NCBI RefSeq assembly: GCF_009914755.1
Contig: NC_060933.1
Length of the DNA stretch: 64,000 nt
DNA from: the human T2T-CHM13v2.0 reference genome, Homo sapiens
Direction: 5' to 3' (one strand)
Each line of letters opens with the position of its first letter. The first letter of the stretch is position 1. The position numbers and the translations under genes were made by a program. Positions 55,774-64,000 of this stretch are shown here, in pieces. Below the pieces are notes generated by a model. It was not told the DNA's origin and searched no databases. It was given only the letters and a program-made list of their open reading frames with translations.

Positions 55774-58700
55774 TAATTAGATGCCCAGGATATATTTATA
55801 AGAATGATATAGTTTTATTTAATATGTCAATATGAACAATTCAACAGAAATATAATTATTTGAATTTACTTAAACATGTTAAAGTTTTTGAAGAAAGTAT
55901 TAAAATGTACAAGAATGTAGGTTTTTCAAATTTAAGAGTGAGGTGAGCAAAAGTTTGTTCACTTGATCACATAACAATCATTGTTAAAACTGCAGATTAA
56001 GAATTCTGCAAACAGATATTGTAATTTTATGGCTCTGAGCTTGGAGTTCAGGCTTCTGCCCTCATAAGAAACTTCCAAGTGGACTCTGAACTAGTTTCTT
56101 TGAATAAAAAATTGAGAAATGATACTTCTCTAAGCATCTGCATTGCCCTGTCAAACCACCTCCTGTTGCAAATAGGATCTTTGTTCCAAGCCTGGAAAAC
56201 CACACAACTCAGCAGTTGTCCCAACCTAGATATGTATTTTCCTTAGCCCTTTATATCCTGAGAACCATCCCCAGGACCTAAGATCTATTGGGATGCCAAA
56301 AATAGGATTTTTTCTCCCACATGAGCTAACTCCCCTTACTCTACATCACTTGCTTCTAAAAGCGGAGGACACAGATAAGTAAATGTTTTCTTTGTAATCT
56401 CTCTAGTATATTTCTCCCTAAGTGGTTAATAATTAGAGAAGCTTAACATATATCAATCCAAATATTATAGAAATATAGATTGATTGTATTATTTTAATCA
56501 TTGTAAATGCATTGGCTTAAATCCCTACATCTTTATAATATACTGTAATGTAAATCACCAATTAACTATTTCTACACTAACATAGTATCTGGAAAATATT
56601 ACATTTGTGTTATTTTTGTTGTGCTGATAAGTAGATAGTGGGAAAAACGATAGGGGAATTGGATTTATAACTCAAAAATTGTATTTTATATAGCATGAAA
56701 TACAATATTTGAGCCCAATCAAAATTTTCTGTTTAATTATTTTAATGAGACTCCTGGTTTTACTACTTTGAATGTATCTGCAATCTAATTATCCATCCTC
56801 TCATCTGTCTGAATGACAATGTTGGACTTAACAAAGGGTGATGATGATCATTATTAATCTTTGCTAAGCCACCTACATATTGATTGAAGAGTCAAAGAAA
56901 CATGTCACTGTCTCATGCTCTATTGACTGGAGGATTAGAGGTCAGATCAGAAGGAAAGAGTGATGTACTGGCAAGAAGCAAGTGATATAGAAAATAAATT
57001 GTTGCTGAAGAAATCTCATGAAGCAGCTAATTTGTTTTTAGAACTGAGGGAAAAAAATGGGGTAGGTAACATGAAGAAAGAAAGCATAATCCTGTCTCAA
57101 AAAAGATAATAGTAAGTTTGATATTACAGATAGGATATATATGTCCTCCATTTCCACTTGCTCATATCTTGATTTTAATAACTTCCTCACTGGTCTTCCC
57201 ACCACATTTTTTCTGTCATGTTACCATCATATGTATTGACAACAAAGACACATTCTGAAAACTATTTCTTTGTTAATGTTGTCACTATATGAAAATCTCC
57301 AGCATGTTTTCATTTAGCTATTAATTGAAACTTAAATTGTTTTTGTTAACAAGCAAGATCCTTCATGAAATGGGTCCTAACAAATTCATCAGCATCCTTT
57401 CCCTCCACTTTTCAACAGAAACTTTTTACTTTAGCCCAGCTTGGAAATGTTTTTCAAGCTTCACATCATTCACCATTCATAGAATGGTATGTCTTTTTAT
57501 CATCAGTCATTCAAGACTCAGTTCTGTGCAATGTCTTCCCTGATGCTTTCTCAGGTCACACGATCCTAGAAAGAAGTATGCCTTTGATGATCTCTTAGGC
57601 TGCTTTGTGCAGCACAGATACAATACTTGTCACATAGTTTCTTTTACTTAGATTTTTGTGTGTGAATATATTGACACGTTCTCATGATATTTTGGAAATA
57701 ACCCATGACAGTTCATCTTGTCCCTGAAAGGTGATTAATCATTTGAGAAAGGAAGAGGATATGTGGGAGCTCAAGAAAGGATGCAGAGACAGAAATGGCA
57801 AAGATATGTATATGCAGCAGTGTATACAGGCCCTTTTCATGAGGCAACTGGCAGTAGAAAGAAAACTAATTTAAATCAGGTGTCATCTCTGAGTTCGTGA
57901 TTATTAAATATGAGACCACATTATAAAGAATGGAATATAGTTAGTTACTAACACACAGTACGTCATTAACTGCCAGTTTTATTCCTTTCCCTCCATCATC
58001 CTTTCCCCTAAATTTTGTTCCCCTAACTGAATCAAAGTGCATGATTTAGCATTCCTGAGATTGTTGATTATACTAGAGTGTTGTCTTTTTTCAAAAGTAG
58101 AAAAAATATTATACTGAAATTAAGTAAAACTGTATTCTAGTCTTCTTTTAGCTAGAATTGTCATCTTGAATATTTTAGTTCACTTCCCTATCGCTCTTTT
58201 TCAATTCTAAAGTGAGAATATTAGGTTAGAATGCCATTTAACTTTTCAGCCATAGCATTTCATGACATTCTCACAGGTATTTTCCATAACCAAGAGGATT
58301 TTATTATGAAACACATGTGACCTCTTGGAGGCCAGAGACATGGGCAAAGCAATTGCATCCTTCTGGGTTCACTCTATTTCATTCTACATAAGTACATGGA
58401 AGAAAATGATGAGCAACCCTAGGTACAGAAGTGTGGGTAGATTTTCTGTGAATCCAGGGAATCTCCAGCTTTGAGACCGCTCATTCTTGTGGGTCCCTTC
58501 CAACTTTCCAGGTATTTTTGATGCTTGTGGCCATCAACAGTCTAAATTTGTAATTCATTGTGCATGGTTTCTCTTAACTCTAGATAAATATTAACATTGT
58601 ACCTAATTTTTCACTTCTAATGTCTTATTATTTTTCCTAAAAAATGCCATCCAAATTTTAAAACATCCAGGCCCACCAAAATTGGATCTTCCTTGACTGA

Positions 58701-58889
58701 TTAGAGCCTTGATAACCTTGCTTTCTTTCTTGAAATGTACCATTAGGAGTAAAAATAAGTAGAGAAGATAAAATTTCATGACTTACTGAAATATGTATAT
58801 TAATATTTAAAATACTAAATTTTAAAATAGTTAAAACCAAATGAACATTGGATACAAAAGCTAAAGCATTTATTTCTTAAGTAGCATGG

Positions 58890-59325
58890 TGTATTGTCAG
58901 GGTTATATAGAGGGATAGAACTAATGGGATAGATGTATATATAAAGGAGAGTTTATTAAGGAGCATTAACTCACACGATCACAAGGTCCCACAATAGGCC
59001 ATCTGCAAGCTGAGGAGCAAGAAAGCCAGTCCGAGTCCCAAAGCCGAAGAACTTGGAGTCCAATGTCTGAAGGCAGCACGGGAGGAAGATGTAGACTGGG
59101 AGGCTAAGCCAGTCTAGTCCTTCCATGTTCTTCTGCCTGCTTTTTATTCTGGCTGCACTGGCAGGTAATTAGATGGTGCCCACCCAGATTGAGGGCGGGT
59201 CTGCCTTTCCCAGCCCACTGACTCAAATGTTAATCTCCTTTGGCAACACCTTCACAGACCCACCCAGGAACAATACTTGGCATCTTTCAATCCAATCAAG
59301 TTGGCACTAGGTATTAACCATCACA
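58890..59325 (-). mobile_element. MLT2A solo LTR
   Basis: Reverse-complement homolog of 30970-31437; TSD CATGG/GATGG. Confidence 0.92.
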
Positions 59326-59433
59326 GATGGGGTGGGTTAAAATGTAGCTTGCTTGGTATCACTTTTTGTAAATACCTGTTTTGTCATGGTTTTGCAGTAA
59401 TAGTTGTTAAGCATTGTTTATTTTCAATTCCTT

Positions 59434-59459
59434 AACAACAACAACAACAACAACAACAA
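59434..59459. repeat. (AAC)n
   Basis: Read directly. Confidence 0.9.
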
Positions 59460-59699
59460 ACTTCTTAAATATATTTGAATGAAGAATAATGCTTAGGACT
59501 TCTTACTTCATTACTCTAAAACCATCTTTTTACACCCAATTTAACATTTCTTAACTGATGGTCAGTTGGCAGTCATAACATGGTTGTCTCTAACTACACG
59601 TGTGAAAACTTGACTGGTGAAAATAATAATATGAATAATATGAAATTCAAATTAAGAAGAACATGTTTTGTCATAGTTTCATTGGCAGGGATTAACATT

Positions 59700-60014
59700 T
59701 TTAAAAAAATTCCATGCCTAGGCATATCATATTCAAAATGTAAGATACTGAAGACAAAGGAAAAAAATCTTGAAGAAAGAGCAAATCCCCTTATCAACAG
59801 AGGGAAAGGATAATAATCACAGCATACTTCTAATCAGAAACCATTTAAGCAAGAAGAGAATAGAATAAAACATTTAAAGTGTTGAAAGAAGAAAACACTA
59901 ATCTTAAATTCTATATCCAGTGAAATTATCTCTCAAAAGTAAAGAAGAAATGAACGTTCTCGACAAAAAAAAAACTAAGGAGATTTATTGACTTTAGACG
60001 CACCCTTGAAAAAA
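59700..60014 (+). mobile_element. Old L1M ORF1-end fragment; resumes ~63715-63860
   Basis: cagaaacca..aagcaagaagag...aaattctatatccagtgaaattatc. Confidence 0.7.
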
Positions 60015-63000
60015 TGTTTTTATTACATTTAATTTTACTGTTATTTTTTACTGATACATAATAATTGTATTTATTTTGGTGGTATATATAATAATTTGAT
60101 ACCTGTATACAATGTGTAATGATCAAATCAGTGTAATTGGGATATCTATCATCTCAAACATTTGATTTTTCTTTGTTACAATTCTTCTAGCTATTTTGAA
60201 ATATACATTATTGTTAACTATAATTTGCCTACTGTACTATCACATGCTTGAACTTATTTCGTCTAACTTACCTCTTCACTAACTTCTCCCCATCCCCTCA
60301 TCCATCTGTCCTTCCCAGCCTCTGGAAACCACCATTTTACTCTTTAATTACATAAGATCCACTATTTTAGCTCCCACATATGAGTTGGAAATGTAATTAT
60401 TTGTCTTTTTGTACCTGGCTTGTTTTACATGACATAATAACCTCTAGTTCCATCCACATTGCTGCAAATGACAGAATTTTATTTTTTTATGGCTGAATAA
60501 TATTCCATTGTGTATAAATATCACATTTTGTTTCTTTATCCATTGATGAATTCTTAAGCGGACTCCATCTCTTGCCTATCGTGAATACTGCTACAATAAA
60601 AATGTGAGTTCATATATTTCCTTTATACGTTATCTCCTTTCTTTTGAATATGTACCAAGCAGTGGTAATTCTATTTTTAGTTTTTGAGGAACCTCCTTAC
60701 TGTTTTCCTTATGGCTGTACGAATTTAGATTCCTACCAGCAGTGTACAAAGGTACCCTTTTCTCTGCACCCTCACCAGCATTTATTACTTTTCGTCTTTT
60801 TGATAGTAGCCATGCTAATGGGGATTAGATGATATTTCATTGTGGTTTTGATTTACATATCCTTGATAATGGAGATACTGAGCATTTTTTAAATATACCT
60901 CTTGGCCATTTGTATGTCTTTGAGAAAAGTCTATTCACGTCTTTTTCTCATTTTCAAATTTGATTTTCTTTTTTTGCCTTTTTTTAAGTTTCTTGTATAT
61001 TCTTGTTATTAATCCCTTGTCAGATAGATTGTTTGCAAATATTTTCTCCCACTCTGTTAGTTGCTTCTTCACTTCATTGTTGTTGTTGTTTTTTCTTTTC
61101 CAATTCAGAACAATTTTAGCTTAACATAATTCAATTTGTCTACATTTGCTTTTCTTGCCTGTGCTTTTGAGGTCTTACCCAAACAATCTTTGCCCAGGCC
61201 AATATCCTGTGGCATTTCCCCAATGTTTCCTTTTATTAGTTTTATAGTTCAAGTCTTGCATATAAGTCTTTAATTTATTTTGAGTTGATTTATAGATACG
61301 CTGAGAGATAGGAATCTAGTTTTATTTTCCGCATATAGATATTAAGTTTTCTCAGCACCATTTATTAAAGAGACTGTCATTTTCCCAGTGAATGTTCTTG
61401 GTGTCTTTTTGGAAAATGAGTTGGCTTTAAGCGCATGGATTCTGGGTTCTCTATTCTCATTGGTCTATGTGTCTCCTTTTATGTCAATGCCATGTTGTTT
61501 TGGTTACTATAACTGTGTAGTATAATTTGAAATCAAGTAGTGTGATATCTCTGGCTTTGTTCTTTTGCTTAGGATTGCTTTAGCAGTTCCGAGTCTTTTT
61601 TAGTTCCACACAAATTTTAGTATTATTTTCCTATTTCTGTAAAAAAAGTCATTGGTATTTGACTGGGATTGCCTTGAATCTGCAGATCACTTTGAGACAT
61701 ATAGACATTTGACAGTATTAATTCTTTCAATGTATGGGCATGGGTTTTCGTGTGTGTGTGTGTGTGTGTCCTCTTCAGTTACTTTCATCAGTGTTTTATA
61801 GTTTTCCTTGTGCGTATCTTTCACTTCATTGGTTAAATTTATTTCTAGGTATTTTTATTTTAGTGTTGTAAATGAGATTGTTCTCTTGATTTCTTTTTCA
61901 GATTAAATGCTGTCAGCATGTAGACATGCTACTGGTTTTTATATGTTGATGTTTTATTCTGCAAATTCACTAAGTTTATTTATCAGTTCTAAGATTTTTG
62001 GAGGAATCTTCAGGTTTTTCTAGAGATAAGATCATATCAGCTTCAAACAAAGATAATTAGACTTCTTCCTTTCTAATTTGGACGCCCTTTATTTCTATCT
62101 CTTATCTAATTCCACTGGCTAGAACTCCTAGTACTGTGTTGGATAGAGGTGGAGAAAGTGGGCATCCTTGCCTTGTTCCAGATATTAATGAAAAGACTTT
62201 AATTTTTCCCCATTCAGAATGATATTAAGCTGTGTTTTTGTCATATATGACCTTAAATGTGTTGAGGCATGTTTCTTCTGTAGGGTCCAGCCCTACTGGG
62301 TCTGTGGGTTTTTCTCCTCGTGTGTGGAAATGAGAGATCATAGAAATAAAGACACAAGACAAAGAGACAGAAGAAAAGACAGCTGGGCTGGGGGAACCAC
62401 TACCACCTAGACGCAGAAACCGGTAGTGGCCCTGAATGCCTGGCTGCGCTGTTATTTATTGGATACAAGGCAAAAGGGGCAGGGTAAGGACTGTGAGTCA
62501 ATGATTGATAAGGTCACGTGAGTCACGTGTCCGCCAGACAGGGGGCCTTTCCCTTTCAAGTAGTGGAGAGTGAGAGAGATACAGCTTAAGTCATTATTTC
62601 TTCTATGCTCTTCTCAGAAAAATCAAAGACTTTAATACTTTCACTAATTCTGCTACTGCTATCTATATGGCAGAGCCAGTTGTACAGAGTGGAACATGAG
62701 CCAGGTGTACAGAGTGGACCAGGACCGTGACCGCTGAAGCACAGCTTCACAGGGAGACGTCTGGTCAGGCCTCTGGATGGCTGCGGGCGGCCCTGACTGA
62801 TGTCAGGCCTTCCACAAGAGGTGGTGGAGCGGAGTCTTCTTTAACTTCCCCGGGGGAAAGGGAGACAACCTTTCCCAGTCTGCTAAGTAACGGGTGCCTT
62901 CCCCAGGCACTAACGCTACCGCTAGACCAAGGTCCGCTAGGTAAGGGGTGCCTGCCCAGGCGCTGGAGTTACCGCTAGACCAGGGAGCCCTCTAGTGGCC

Positions 63001-63712
63001 CTGTGCGGGCATAACAGAGGGCTCACACTTGTCTTCTGGTCACTTCTCTCACCGTGTTCCTTCAGCTCCTATCTCTGTATGGCCTGGTTTTTCCTAGGTT
63101 ACAATTGTAGAACAAAGATTATTATAATATTGGAATAAAGAGTAATGCTTCAAACTAATGATTAATGATATTCATATATAATCATATCTATAATCTATTT
63201 CTAATATAACTATTCTTATTCTATATATTTTCTTTATTATACTGGAACAGCTTGTGCCCTCGGTCTGTTACCTTGGCACCTGGGTGGCTTGCTGCCCACA
63301 TCTTCTATGCCCAGTTTGTTAACAGATTTTATCATGAAGCGATGATGAATTTTACCAAATACTTGATCGACATCTAGTGAGACGATCATATGTTTTTTGT
63401 TCTTAATTCTGTTGATATGATCTATCATGTTTATTGATTTGTATATTTTGAACCATCCTTACATCCTTGAGATGAATCTCACCTGATCATGGTGAATGAT
63501 CTTTTTAATGTGTTGTTGAATTCTGTTTGCTGATATTTTGCTGATAATTTTTTGCATAATGTTTATCAGGAATATTGGCCTGTAGTTTTCAATTTTTGTA
63601 ATGTCCTTGTGTGTTTTGGTATCAAGATAATGCTGGCCTCAGAAATGAGTTTTGAAAAATACCCTCCTCTTCTATTTGTTGAAATCACTTTAGTAAACTT
63701 GGGATGAGTTCT
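60015..63712 (-). mobile_element. 5'-truncated L1MA (3'UTR plus degraded ORF2) interrupted by LTR13
   Basis: L1MA 3' end (aatgtgtaatgatcaaatca); ORF2 remnant HINRIKNK.HMI.S.D. Confidence 0.9.
62279..63300 (-). mobile_element. LTR13 (ERVK/HML-4-type) solo LTR
   Basis: Reverse complement starts TGTGGGCAGCAAGCCACCCAGGTGCC, ends ..GGACCCTACA; TSD TCTTC. Confidence 0.9.
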
Positions 63713-63918
63713 TTACGAAATATTAAAAGAACTTCTTCAGGCAAGGAAAAAAAAGATGTTGGTCAGAAGCTTGAATCTATATGAAATAAGAAACAAGAGC
63801 ACCAGGAAGGAATGAATGAAGGCAAAATAAAATATTTAATTTTTCTTGTTCTTAACTATATTAAAAATGAATATGTGTAAAATTCTTCACAATCTTTTTT
63901 CAGAAATTAGAAGAAACA

Positions 63919-64000
63919 GGTCAGGCATGGTGGCTCACACCTGTAATCCCAGCACATTGAGAGGCCGAGGAGGATGGATCACTTGAGGCCAGGAGTTTGA
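63919..64000 (+). mobile_element. Alu 5' part (runs off the window)
   Basis: ggtcaggcatggtggctcacacctgtaatcccagcac. Confidence 0.93.

Overview
Repeat-dense, AT-rich primate (almost certainly human) intergenic DNA with no intact protein-coding gene. The two gene-derived items are a frameshifted processed pseudogene of JKAMP (+, ~20.66-22.71 kb) and a near-full-length U2 snRNA retropseudogene (-, 33698-33873). From memory this pair matches JKAMPP1/RNU2-47P on human 9p23 near TYRP1, which needs BLAT confirmation. The main structure is an ancient two-LTR ERV1-type provirus (11561-27106, GGGT target-site duplication, degenerate PBS). It has grown to 15.5 kb through nested insertions, including the JKAMP retrocopy, which itself carries a MaLR LTR at its stop codon. 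The rest is L1 (one full-length L1PA8-like copy, a truncated young L1PA, older L1M), Alus, MaLR/ERVL/ERVK solo LTRs, hAT DNA elements, MIR/L2 and microsatellites. Several small templated-insertion or duplication scars are visible. I found no evidence of a new functional biological system. Repeat subfamily names are recalled from consensus sequences, not from a search, and many boundaries are approximate.
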